A stretch of DNA of 64,000 nt. Origin: a virus. This document shows, piece by piece, positions 10,495-19,226 of the stretch. The stretch lies in IMG/VR virus record IMGVR_UViG_3300037504_000618, positions 1 through 64,000 of that record; one strand, given 5' to 3'. Each line of letters begins with the position of its first letter. Within the stretch, counting starts at the first letter, position 1. Position numbers and translations under genes: made by a program. A model generated the notes under the pieces. That model did no database searches and had not been told where the DNA came from. It worked only from the letters and a program-made list of their open reading frames with translations.

Positions 10495-11217
10495 ATGTAT
10501 ATCAAGCATGCGGAAGCATATAGAAAGCATTGTGAGGGGCAAGCGGTTTATTTGTGTCCCGAAGGTTTCTGGGTAGAGGAAGAGGGAGATCCGGTTCCCG
10601 AAGATGCCCATGAGGTCGTCTTCGAGCTCACGTTGAGCGAGGCCGCCGATCTATATCCGGTGGCCTACTCGACACTGGCCCAGTACGCCCGTGAGGGCAA
10701 GCTGGAAGCCCGTCGCTCCGGGGCGACGTGGCTGACAACGCGCTGGGGGGTGGAGAAGGCGATCAATCCCCCGGAGGTGGATCTGCGGGCGTTTCTCGCG
10801 GAAGTTTTGGGGAAGGCGCGGGAGAATTATGAGGCAGCAGCGCAGGATGAGGAGTATCGCCCCGCCGATGCGTCGCGGGATGCGCTTGAGGCTATGCCGG
10901 AATCCCCGCTCGCGATTAAGGCGTTGGGTGGGGAGGAGAAGATCGTGCAGCGCGTGGAGCACGCGCTGGCCGGGGGACTGGCCACGCTGGAGCGGCTGTA
11001 CGATGATGCGCAATGGCGCGCGGCGATCCGTGAGGCGGCCGGCACGGAGCGCCAACGCGAGGTCGTGGCGCAGCACGTCAACGCGCTCGTATTCTACTGG
11101 GATACGGGCGGGGAGGAGACGTTTGGACTGCGCTGCGACGTTTGCAGCGCGGCGGACGTGGTAAGCGTTTCCTCCACTGGTGAAGTGTTGTGCGAGGAGC
11201 ATTTGATTAAAGCGTAG
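10495..11217 (+). CDS. Excisionase/MerR-type HTH domain protein
   Basis: AGAAAGGAG RBS before ATG 10495. LTLSEAADLY..STLAQYAREGKLEARRSGATWL motif and a C-terminal CxxC...C. Confidence 0.75.
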   Translation: MYIKHAEAYRKHCEGQAVYLCPEGFWVEEEGDPVPEDAHEVVFELTLSEAADLYPVAYSTLAQYAREGKLEARRSGATWLTTRWGVEKAINPPEVDLRAFLAEVLGKARENYEAAAQDEEYRPADASRDALEAMPESPLAIKALGGEEKIVQRVEHALAGGLATLERLYDDAQWRAAIREAAGTERQREVVAQHVNALVFYWDTGGEETFGLRCDVCSAADVVSVSSTGEVLCEEHLIKA

Positions 11218-11230
11218 TAGTTGTCATTAG

Positions 11231-11257
11231 AGCCCGCTCGATTTGGAGCGGGCTTTT
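11231..11257 (+). terminator. Intrinsic terminator
   Basis: AGCCCGCTC-gatttg-GAGCGGGCT followed by a T run. Confidence 0.75.
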
Positions 11258-11269
11258 GCTTTTAAGGGC

Positions 11270-11545
11270 TATCCTTCTTTAAAGATATATATTTCTTTAG
11301 CTATAATTTCTTTCTTTTCTTTTTCTTACCCCCCGCTATAGGTTAACCCGTCACCCTAATTAAGTTAACTTTTCACCCTAATTATCGTGAAGACTTCGTA
11401 ATCTTTCACACCTAACGGCGTGCAATTTCGCAACTTTTCACTGCGTGGGGGAGACATAAAAGAAGGGCTAGCGGTTAAGCTAGCCCTTGTGTGTGTGGGT
11501 GAATAGGTTAACTTTTCACCCTAATTAAGGTGAAATTTCACCCTA
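11270..11545. other. Putative replication origin (AT-rich tract plus iterons)
   Basis: T-rich tract at about 11275-11330. GTTAAC-N3-TCACCCTAATTA at 11342, 11364 and 11507, partial copy at 11537. Lies immediately 3' of the initiator gene. Confidence 0.7.
11463..11488 (-). terminator. Intrinsic terminator for the leftward operon
   Basis: AAGGGCTAGC-ggttaa-GCTAGCCCTT hairpin with a short T run on the minus strand. Confidence 0.6.
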
Positions 11546-12521
11546 TCCGCCATTGGGTAGGGTCCAGGCCCATCTCGGCCACGAAGGCGTCGTGCTCTTC
11601 CTGGACCTCGGCGGGGAGGGTGGTGAGTTGCGCCGGGGTGAGCCAACCGAGGTTGGTTACGACGCTGACTTCGTAGACCTTGCGGCTGCGGGTGCCCTCG
11701 ATATTGACGTGGGCGATTCCGGCATCCACCAGGCGTTCCAGCAGACCCTTGCGGCGGCGGAAGTATTCAGGCTCCGGTTCCTCGCCCTCGGCGTGGAAGG
11801 TATCCTTGGGAGTGCGTAAGACTGCGCCATCGTCCTCGGCCTCACAGCGTCGCCATGTGCCGCTGATCGTCTGACGGCAGCAGCCGAGCTCCTGGGCCAG
11901 GGTGGGCGCGGAAAAACGGCGGGGAGGGGTCCATTCCGACTTCTTCCGGCGCTTGTCGGTGCGGAAGATTATTTCCCATAAGCGGAAGACGCGCGCGCCT
12001 AAGTATGGCCCCCAAAACTTGCTGGCATACTGGCTGATGCGATACCAGCCCCGGTCCAAGACTTTCTTTTCGGGCGGTTGCCAGCCGGTGGGGGAGGGGG
12101 GTGGAAGGGGGGCACCTTGGAGCTCGGCCAGCTTTTGTTGGATGAGGAGTTTGGCTTCGCGATCCCCGACCTGGTCCAGGAGATCGTAGAGAGTCTGGGT
12201 TAGTTGTTGAGGTTCTGGTGGCGGTGGTGGGTCTGAAGTTTCGCGGGGCGATTCAAGCGTCTCCTGCTCGGCGGCGACGTAGACGGCCTGCGTACCGTTG
12301 CCCGTGAGGCGTTGCAAGGTGCGCTCGATGGGATTCTTGAGGCGATGCTCTAGCCACTCCACGGCATACTCGTTCTTGACCTCGACGATGAGGTTGCCGT
12401 CTTCGTCCACGCCCGTGCAATGTGTATCGCGCAGCCACGTATCGAAGGTGGCGCGCGTCATCTGGAGCTCAAGATCGCCGAGGGCAGATTGCCAGAGGGC
12501 GGTTGGATCTGTGATACTCAT
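11538..12521 (-). CDS. Replication initiator: DnaA domain I fused to a winged-helix-like domain
   Basis: WQSALGDLELQMTRATFDTWLRDT..VKNEYAVEWLEHRL is DnaA N-terminal-like. No AAA+ domain. SAPTLAQELG HTH-like segment. Start chosen at ATG 12521. Confidence 0.75.
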   Translation of the reverse strand: MSITDPTALWQSALGDLELQMTRATFDTWLRDTHCTGVDEDGNLIVEVKNEYAVEWLEHRLKNPIERTLQRLTGNGTQAVYVAAEQETLESPRETSDPPPPPEPQQLTQTLYDLLDQVGDREAKLLIQQKLAELQGAPLPPPSPTGWQPPEKKVLDRGWYRISQYASKFWGPYLGARVFRLWEIIFRTDKRRKKSEWTPPRRFSAPTLAQELGCCRQTISGTWRRCEAEDDGAVLRTPKDTFHAEGEEPEPEYFRRRKGLLERLVDAGIAHVNIEGTRSRKVYEVSVVTNLGWLTPAQLTTLPAEVQEEHDAFVAEMGLDPTQWRIG

Positions 12522-12745
12522 GCGGTTTCCTCTGGCACCGGTAGCCAGATCTCGCACAACAGCGGCACGCTGTTGTGCTTGACCACGATCCCGTCGGGGA
12601 CCAAGTCCTCCGCCTCGGCCTCCCACTTGGGGTGGACGCGGAGGTGGTCGGGGTGGGTGCCGAAGCGCTCCTTATACGCCTCTAGCGCTGCGGGCATTAG
12701 CTTTTCTATGTCTGTTGATCCTCGGTAATTCAGGTATGTGCTCAT
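12518..12745 (-). CDS. Hypothetical protein
   Basis: GAGG RBS. Stop codon overlaps the initiator start. Confidence 0.65.
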   Translation of the reverse strand: MSTYLNYRGSTDIEKLMPAALEAYKERFGTHPDHLRVHPKWEAEAEDLVPDGIVVKHNSVPLLCEIWLPVPEETA

Positions 12746-12765
12746 CGAATTCCTCTCTATCCTAC

Positions 12766-13035
12766 CTAAAACATTTCGTCTAGCAAAGCCCCGGCTTGGG
12801 GATCGACATCCTGCAAGATGGGGGCTGCGGTTTCCGTTGTGCTGATCGTGGCCCGCGCAAGTTCCTCACGTATGATGCGGCGCACAGTTTCGGCGTCGAG
12901 TTGGCGGGTGGAATGGATATACTCGCGAAGGGCCGCGCGCACCGTGGCGCTATTGTTCGGCTGTTCGTCGAGATAGGCCAGTAGATCAGCGTCCTGTATA
13001 TTGTCGAATGTAATCGTTCGTCTAATTGCTGTCAT
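12766..13035 (-). CDS. Ribbon-helix-helix protein, ParR-like adaptor
   Basis: RRTITF..DADLLAYLDEQPNNSATVRAALREYI RHH pattern and acidic tail ending LLDEMF. Directly downstream of the ParM-like gene. Confidence 0.7.
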   Translation of the reverse strand: MTAIRRTITFDNIQDADLLAYLDEQPNNSATVRAALREYIHSTRQLDAETVRRIIREELARATISTTETAAPILQDVDPQAGALLDEMF

Positions 13036-13089
13036 GGTGTCACCATGGCGTCATGCTCCTTCATGCTCATAGCGTCATTATGGCGCTAT
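13033..13089. repeat. 11-bp repeats, candidate parC/operator
   Basis: CATGGTGTCAC 13033, CATGGCGTCAT 13044, CATAGCGTCAT 13068, TATGGCGCTAT 13079. Confidence 0.5.
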
Positions 13090-14079
13090 GAATTTACGGA
13101 TAGCGTAACGATGGAATCCCTGGGCATTCGCCATCTGGGGATCGTCGACCAGGTGGGCGTGGGAGTAGATTTGCTGCACGTAGGGGAAGAGGGCTTGTCC
13201 GCCGCCGCCGGTGACCAGGATAGCGGCCAGACCATCCCCGTATCCCCACTGTGTTTTGGCCTCGCTCAAAATCGCCGTGGCGATGGAGCTGAGGGCGCTG
13301 CCAATCAAGTCCGCGATGCTATGCATTTTACCCTTCCCGCGTATCTGCTGCTGTTCGTTGATTACAAGGTCCTCGGCCTCTCTGAAAGAAAGCTCGCGTT
13401 CGCAGCGGGCGTACACGGTCTCCTGTAGCTGCTCATAGACGCGGCCCATCCCCACTTTGATGCTGTGGGATCCGTCCTCGGCATAGCGTGGGCCGGGGGC
13501 GATATGGATATAGTTGGTGGTGAAGGTACCGATATCTAAGATCCCCACGTCGGCATTGCGTAAGCCTTCGGCATCGACGAATACACCGTTCTCATTGACA
13601 ATCGTTTTATAGTACGTGCCGAATGCCTCCGGGACAACGACCACCTTGGGGATGTAGAGGGAATGGCGCACGCCTTCGACCGCAAAGCCATGCGTCCCCA
13701 TCAGCATGGCGGCCAGCTCGTCTTTATCCTGCTCATACCAGCGGACGGGCAGGCCCGTGACGAGATTCACTTCGCCAGATTTGATCCCCAATTTGTACAG
13801 CGCAGCCAGCGTTAAGACCCGCTGCATGGTCTTGTCACGGGCTCGTGCCCGTGGTTCGATCTCGATGGAGGAATGCAAGCGGGCCATGCTCCCCACGAAC
13901 CACTCTTGACCATGATATCCTATTTTTACACCGCCATTTCCACCGATCATCATGTCCTCAGTGGGCTTGAATTTGAGGTCGGTCGCCGGGGCGATCACGC
14001 TCTCAAAGCATACGCTCGCGGCCCCTGAGATTGCTTTCGTCCATCCATATCCTGTGTTTATTCCTGCTATGTTTTTCAT
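13078..14079 (-). CDS. parM: ParM/StbA-family actin-like ATPase
   Basis: GINTGYGWTK (phosphate 1), VTGLP, VVPEA, ILDIGTFTTN (phosphate 2), VTGGGG and MANAQGF. Confidence 0.9.
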   Translation of the reverse strand: MKNIAGINTGYGWTKAISGAASVCFESVIAPATDLKFKPTEDMMIGGNGGVKIGYHGQEWFVGSMARLHSSIEIEPRARARDKTMQRVLTLAALYKLGIKSGEVNLVTGLPVRWYEQDKDELAAMLMGTHGFAVEGVRHSLYIPKVVVVPEAFGTYYKTIVNENGVFVDAEGLRNADVGILDIGTFTTNYIHIAPGPRYAEDGSHSIKVGMGRVYEQLQETVYARCERELSFREAEDLVINEQQQIRGKGKMHSIADLIGSALSSIATAILSEAKTQWGYGDGLAAILVTGGGGQALFPYVQQIYSHAHLVDDPQMANAQGFHRYAIRKFIAP

Positions 14080-14109
14080 GTTTTCCTTTCTCCTTTCTGG
14101 TGATGGTGA

Positions 14110-14247
14110 TTATTTTAGATGTAGAAGGCCCCGTAGAAGGCCCCCTAGTATTTCGTACTTATCGGGCTTGGCCGCCGGGATCATCGCCACCAGCAGCCAC
14201 GGCCCGAACAACGCCAGCCATACAAGGTACTCTCCCAGATTAACCAC
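14110..14247 (-). CDS. Small membrane protein (45 aa, not in the ORF track)
   Basis: GGGAGG RBS, GTG start: VVNLGEYLVWLALFGPWLLVAMIPAAKPDKYEILGGLLRGLLHLK. Confidence 0.6.
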   Translation of the reverse strand: MVNLGEYLVWLALFGPWLLVAMIPAAKPDKYEILGGLLRGLLHLK

Positions 14248-14327
14248 TTCTATCCTCCCCTAATCTATAGTGTGCTTTGCGTGTTTGGTACCCCGTCTCA
14301 CTCACACTGCATACACACACACGGGTA

Positions 14328-14828
14328 TCACACACGCAAACGTGTAACATCTATCTTATCCTCAACGGCTGCGCGCAGAAGCGCATACCCTGGACCGGTC
14401 CAGCGGGTCCCTACCCGTGGGTCATCCCCAGCCCATTCGAGGAATTTGTGACGCATCAAGGCGTCGCGAAATCCCTCGAATTCGCTGCGACTTAATACGG
14501 GCAACAGCTCACGCAGTGAGAAGCCGCGCCCTTCTTTTTCCAGGTAGTAGGCACGCTTGAGCGCATCGTGGAGTTTGTGCGGGGGGGCCTGGACGGTGCG
14601 CCCATCGGACGTATACAGATAGACGGTCCGGCGAATTGGCTTGACCGTATTCTCGTTAATCTCCACAGCGAGAGGTGGGTATGCCTTATCGTTACGCGCT
14701 TTGCGCACTTCTGCTTCCAACTCATCCATGCGCTGCTTATCGACGATGGACATGAAGACGCCCCCGCCGAAGAATCCGATTACTGCACTTAGCATACATA
14801 TTCCACTCCAAATAAAGAAGTTGTCCAT
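14328..14828 (-). CDS. Membrane-anchored hypothetical protein
   Basis: N-terminal TM helix. C-terminus may be winged-helix-like. Confidence 0.6.
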   Translation of the reverse strand: MDNFFIWSGICMLSAVIGFFGGGVFMSIVDKQRMDELEAEVRKARNDKAYPPLAVEINENTVKPIRRTVYLYTSDGRTVQAPPHKLHDALKRAYYLEKEGRGFSLRELLPVLSRSEFEGFRDALMRHKFLEWAGDDPRVGTRWTGPGYALLRAAVEDKIDVTRLRV

Positions 14829-14915
14829 TCCGACCCCCTTTGTTATAATCTCTGTGGGGCGGAAGGTTGACCCCGCCGTCCCAGGGGCGCGTGGTTGAGA
14901 CGCGCCCCGTTTTCT

Positions 14916-15347
14916 TTACCTCCGTTGTGCCGGTTCGCCGAGCATGGCTGTGTATAGCCATAGCTCTAACAACTGAGACGAGGCCGGCGAGATCAGACCG
15001 TCGAATGCCTCTAAGACCTCGGATAAACATTTATCGGTCCTTTGATGTTGGTGCTTTCTTTCGCGTGCCGGACTGTTTAGCAACTCCAATAGTTGATAGT
15101 AGAATGCACGTAGCTTATTCCAAGCCTCAGTGTGCTCTATCTCAACCAAGGGAATCGGTAAGAATGGGTCAGGGTTTTCATGAGGGAGCACGCGCACGAC
15201 GGCCAGCTCCTCATAAACCCCGACCATCTGGATGTTGTCTACCGGCCCACATACCGCGCCGACACGGGCCGCGATATCTAAGCTGAGGACGGTTGAAGCT
15301 GTCTTGACCGCTCGCGGTTCAGTTTTTGTTATGGTTTGTATGTTCAT
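14916..15347 (-). CDS. Hypothetical protein
   Basis: AAGGAG RBS, 143 aa. Confidence 0.6.
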   Translation of the reverse strand: MNIQTITKTEPRAVKTASTVLSLDIAARVGAVCGPVDNIQMVGVYEELAVVRVLPHENPDPFLPIPLVEIEHTEAWNKLRAFYYQLLELLNSPARERKHQHQRTDKCLSEVLEAFDGLISPASSQLLELWLYTAMLGEPAQRR

Positions 15348-15359
15348 AGTTTCTCCTTA

Positions 15360-15459
15360 TTAACGGACGTTTTTTAAGTTCGTTATTTATGTCACTAAGT
15401 CGCTACTTGCTACATTTTACGGTTAGAAATGACTGTTAAATCTTCTTAGCGGTCATTTT
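15360..15459. repeat. Composite site E (reverse arrangement)
   Basis: TTAACGGACGTTTT (15360-15373), 52-bp gap, GAAATGACTGTTAA-ATCTTC-TTAGCGGTCATTTT (15426-15459). Confidence 0.85.
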
Positions 15460-15590
15460 TTTAGTAGCTTTCGCACCTTGGCTCGCCGTTTAGCTCGTCG
15501 CCGTCGCTTTCTTCCAGACGCGGCCTTACCGCTAGCTTTAGCGGCTGCTTTTACTATAGCCTTAATCGCTTCTAGTTGTTCGTTTGCCAT
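15453..15590 (-). CDS. Small Lys/Arg/Ala-rich basic protein (45 aa)
   Basis: AGGAGGT RBS before ATG 15590: MANEQLEAIKAIVKAAAKASGKAASGRKRRRRAKRRAKVRKLLKK. Confidence 0.65.
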   Translation of the reverse strand: MANEQLEAIKAIVKAAAKASGKAASGRKRRRRAKRRAKVRKLLKK

Positions 15591-15616
15591 ATTAAACCTC
15601 CTATATTTTGAAATAT

Positions 15617-16057
15617 CTATTTTGCTTCTTGTATGACGACACCCGGTCCCCCGAAATGATAGAAGTACTGGGGGGAGTTGCGCTTTCGCCAGTTGCGCAG
15701 GATGTCGTTGGCTATATGCCGTATAGTTTCGTAGCATCGGATCCGCGCTATGGTGCGGCAGTCTATATCGCGCCATGGCCTGTCGTTATGGCAGGATAAT
15801 AGCGCGTTATAGCAGAGATCCATATACATTTCTCCGTTCAGGAGTAGGCCGGCTGCTTGGGCTGCCTTGAACATCTCGTCGTGAAGGTGGGCGTCGAGTT
15901 CATCGTAGCAGTCCGTAATCTGATTCCGTCGTCGGCTGTATTGATCATGGCAGCGCTTTATTTCCCGGCGAGTCGCGCTCGCTGGCCAGGTGAAATCCTG
16001 CCGCGTGAGTGCTGATAGCGGTTTAAGGAGTTCGATGAGCGGCTGTCTAGTCTGCAT
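15617..16057 (-). CDS. Hypothetical protein
   Basis: GGAGG RBS, overlaps the upstream gene. Confidence 0.6.
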   Translation of the reverse strand: MQTRQPLIELLKPLSALTRQDFTWPASATRREIKRCHDQYSRRRNQITDCYDELDAHLHDEMFKAAQAAGLLLNGEMYMDLCYNALLSCHNDRPWRDIDCRTIARIRCYETIRHIANDILRNWRKRNSPQYFYHFGGPGVVIQEAK

Positions 16058-16229
16058 CCTGCACCTCCGTCAGCGCCTTGATCAACGCGGGGAGCTCCGC
16101 TTGGCGAATGCCGACACGCTCCGCGCGCTCCATGCCCTCCTCGAAGATCCAGATCTCGACGAAGTTATCCTCGTCGCGGTAGATCTTCAGCGAGATGCAC
16201 TCGCTGACTTTTTGTTGTTCTATAGTCAT
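16047..16229 (-). CDS. Hypothetical protein
   Basis: AAGGAGG RBS, 60 aa. Confidence 0.65.
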   Translation of the reverse strand: MTIEQQKVSECISLKIYRDEDNFVEIWIFEEGMERAERVGIRQAELPALIKALTEVQDAD

Positions 16230-16255
16230 AGATCCTCCTTTAATTCAAAACCAAT

Positions 16256-16383
16256 TTGGCAAATGGGACTTGAACCCATAGTGCGCCACTTCGACTCCAT
16301 ATTTAGTGATGCTATCACTAGTCGTCCGTTCCACGGCCCAGGCAGGCGCTTCTCATCCGTAGCCCCCAACAGGCAATTGCCAA
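16256..16383 (-). ncRNA. Candidate tRNA-like structured RNA
   Basis: TTGGCAA/TTGCCAA 7-bp terminal stem, canonical T-arm ATGGG-TTCAAGT-CCCAT and an enlarged internal domain. Fully intergenic. Confidence 0.45.
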
Positions 16384-18414
16384 TCATCGTTCCTTCTCCC
16401 AAGGTCTGGCCCAGTCGGCGGGCCAGTTGCGCACTTGCCAGCTCCGCACCTGCGTAAGCGGAAAGGGGAGCGAGCACCAGATCTCTTCCCTTCCGCTCAT
16501 AGGATTGAGGAGCGGGGCGGGCTTATTATCGTTTAATTCGCGTCGCCAGCGGCCTTCATTGACGATGAGATCCATGAGCTGTATCAGGCCGGCATCACGG
16601 CCCAGCTCGTTGAAGTGCTCCGCGAGATAATCCGTCAGGGCGCTAAAGTTGCGTTTCCAGGCGGGTGACTCGTTGCCAATGGTGCGTTGATAAGGCAGCC
16701 AGCCCAGCGGAGCCCAGACCGCGTGACGGGCAAACTTGCTCTTCCACAAGATCGGCATCCAGTTATAGAACTCGGTGCGTGTGAAGAGATCGACGTGGAT
16801 GTCGTATTGACTACTGGGGAGTTGGGGTAGCGCAGATTCGGCGAAGGAGAACAGCTCGCAGCGTGTGAGCAAGGTTCCGCCCTGACTGACCAGCAGGCCC
16901 ATTGCGGGCGCCCGGGGTTCATCGCTTTGAATGACAGGCTCACGGGCGAAGACGCAAGGCGTGCCCCATTCCTCGATATAGTGGCGGCACTTCTCGCACG
17001 TGTGCGCCTGGAAGTGCTGGCGCGTCTCGGCGTCCATTTGATAGAGCTGGAACTTGTAGAACGCGGCCAACTTCTCGCGTATTCGATGTAATCTCGTTGT
17101 TTTGTGGGACTCATTATCACTATTATGATATGGATGGGCCTTGCAGGCTGCGTCATAAAGCTTGAGATAGTCCGGGATATTATCGACATAGTAGAATCCA
17201 TTTCTACGAATTCTTTTTATGTCGATACCAAGCCGGAGAGCCTGTGACCGCATCTGATAATCCGCGTGCGGCATTACAGGATCCTGCGATCCAATATAAT
17301 TCCGGCAGATGGGAATGGCGATCCGTTCTGGGAGTGATATGTGAGGACGCGGGCAGTGGGAGCTTACCAATGGATGGCGCTCGCGTTCGACGTTGCTGAA
17401 AATGCAATCGTGACACGTAAGCCCTTCGGCTTCCACGTAGTGATTCCACGATGGAACACGTCCCTTGGCTTTCAGTGCTTTAACGACCTCTGTTACACTA
17501 TCATAACGAATGATATCCTTAACATGAGCATATAAGCAGGAGATCTGGAGTAATGGCTCCACGTCCGGCTCGCGTGAGCTGGCGTGCCAGAGTTTTAGCG
17601 CCCACTGGATCCAGCGCAAGCTATTGCGCTCGCGTGGCGTGTACTCCTGCGCGGGGTTGATGGCCCAGCGGTTCACATCCGTGAAGCGGGCCACGGCTTT
17701 GGTCAACGCCTCGATGTCGCGTGTCGTGGCCCCGTCCACGTCCACCTTGCGGATCACGGCCTCCGTCATGCCCTTCTGGAGTTTCTCGGGCACGGAGGCC
17801 AGTGCACGCGCGTGGGCCAGACCCAATACGCGCGTATTCAGCGCCTCGTGGGCCTGCTCATTGAGCTGAAGCAAGCTCAGACGCTGCGCGATGTAACCCT
17901 GGGATTTATTGACGTACTGCGCCAGCTCGCGTTGGGACCAGCCATAAGCGTCAATGAGGCCCTGATAGCCGTGGGCCTCTTCCAGGGGGTTGAGGTTGGC
18001 ACGGTCCAAGTTCTCGACGATGGCGAGGACGTGCAGATCCTCCATGGCCATCCCGCGCTTGATGATCGCGGGGACCATGACCTGCGCATCTTTGAGCGTG
18101 GCGATCTCCTGGGCGTTGAGGCCCTGCAGGCCCACGTGGGCCAGGCGACGCACGTATTGCTCCGGGCCATGATTGTCGTAGCGCTCGCCCAGGGCCAGGC
18201 CCAGCAGGGCGCGGGTGCGACGCTCCCCGGCGACCAGCTCGTAGACGGTATAGCCGTCCGCGTCCGGCTCGTCAAAGACGGTCACGGGGTTGATGAGTCC
18301 GTGGTCGTCAATGGACTGCGCCAGCTCCCAGAGCGCGTCCTCGTCGAACGCGCGTCGGGGTTGCCAACGCGAGGGCTTGATCAGCCAAGCGGGGACTTGT
18401 TCGATCTCTGTCAT
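16384..18414 (-). CDS. ParB/RepB/Spo0J-family protein with long Cys-rich C-terminus
   Basis: QPRRAFDEDALWELAQSIDDHGLINPVTV, LVAGERRTRA, ENLDRANLNPLEEA and HTH. CxxC pairs in the C-terminal half. Confidence 0.88.
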   Translation of the reverse strand: MTEIEQVPAWLIKPSRWQPRRAFDEDALWELAQSIDDHGLINPVTVFDEPDADGYTVYELVAGERRTRALLGLALGERYDNHGPEQYVRRLAHVGLQGLNAQEIATLKDAQVMVPAIIKRGMAMEDLHVLAIVENLDRANLNPLEEAHGYQGLIDAYGWSQRELAQYVNKSQGYIAQRLSLLQLNEQAHEALNTRVLGLAHARALASVPEKLQKGMTEAVIRKVDVDGATTRDIEALTKAVARFTDVNRWAINPAQEYTPRERNSLRWIQWALKLWHASSREPDVEPLLQISCLYAHVKDIIRYDSVTEVVKALKAKGRVPSWNHYVEAEGLTCHDCIFSNVERERHPLVSSHCPRPHISLPERIAIPICRNYIGSQDPVMPHADYQMRSQALRLGIDIKRIRRNGFYYVDNIPDYLKLYDAACKAHPYHNSDNESHKTTRLHRIREKLAAFYKFQLYQMDAETRQHFQAHTCEKCRHYIEEWGTPCVFAREPVIQSDEPRAPAMGLLVSQGGTLLTRCELFSFAESALPQLPSSQYDIHVDLFTRTEFYNWMPILWKSKFARHAVWAPLGWLPYQRTIGNESPAWKRNFSALTDYLAEHFNELGRDAGLIQLMDLIVNEGRWRRELNDNKPAPLLNPMSGREEIWCSLPFPLTQVRSWQVRNWPADWARPWEKER

Positions 18415-18711
18415 AATGCTCCTAATTCCTTTCTGATGATGAGTGAAGCCCCCTCTTGCCCGGCGGATGGTGGGCCGCCGGGCTTTGTAAGGAGGGTCCC
18501 CGGTATCACGTAAGCCGGGGAGCTAGAGGGCGTATGATAAGGCCATACGCCCTCTAGCTCCCATTCCTGCGTGAGCTGCGGGATCGTCACTTGGCGACGA
18601 CTCCGTAGCGCGTCTGCGGCGTGATGCGACCGGTTTGCACGTCGTACCATGCGCGCAGGTGGCCCAGGAGATCGCCGGTGATTAAGCTGTCCAATATGAC
18701 TCTGAGTAATT

Positions 18712-18951
18712 CTAACATTGTGCCCCTCCCAGATATTTATTGATAGCGCTTTGCCTAAGATCGTAGAAATCTAAGGCCCATTCGCGCCTGATTGGATTCA
18801 TCCGACGCTGAATTTCAGCATAAACGCAAGGGTCAATAAAACCACCTTCGTATAAGTTCTGTAGTAATTCGGCGTCACTCATTTTTCTGACGCGCGCTTC
18901 CTCGCCCGGAGGCGCTGTTATCGGACCGATTGGTGTTTGCAGGGTCAACAT
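18712..18951 (-). CDS. Hypothetical protein
   Basis: GGAGG RBS, translationally coupled ORF. Confidence 0.6.
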   Translation of the reverse strand: MLTLQTPIGPITAPPGEEARVRKMSDAELLQNLYEGGFIDPCVYAEIQRRMNPIRREWALDFYDLRQSAINKYLGGAQC

Positions 18952-19226
18952 GATTCTTCCTCCAATACTTGGCGTGCTGCATCGAGAAGGACACGCAATA
19001 CGCGGACGTTGACTAGGGCCAGCATCCCCGGATATTGCTCATAGTCCGGCGGGGTCAGGTGGACCGGAATATCCTTTTCGACGATGCGCGCGGCGCAATG
19101 CTCAAAGTGCGCCAAGTGCTCCGGCGTCAACTCGAACGGGTTTTGGTCAACGTACTGGCGTCGCTGTCGGCGGGATGCCACCCCCGTTTTCTGTCCGATG
19201 AGACGATATGACGATGATCCTTTCAT
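18945..19226 (-). CDS. Hypothetical protein
   Basis: AAGGAGG RBS and ATGA overlap. Confidence 0.6.
   Translation of the reverse strand: MKGSSSYRLIGQKTGVASRRQRRQYVDQNPFELTPEHLAHFEHCAARIVEKDIPVHLTPPDYEQYPGMLALVNVRVLRVLLDAARQVLEEESC

Noticed and set aside
14121-14144. GTAGAAGGCCCC tandem repeat as parC
   Set aside because: Lies within the small membrane ORF and encodes GLLRGLL.
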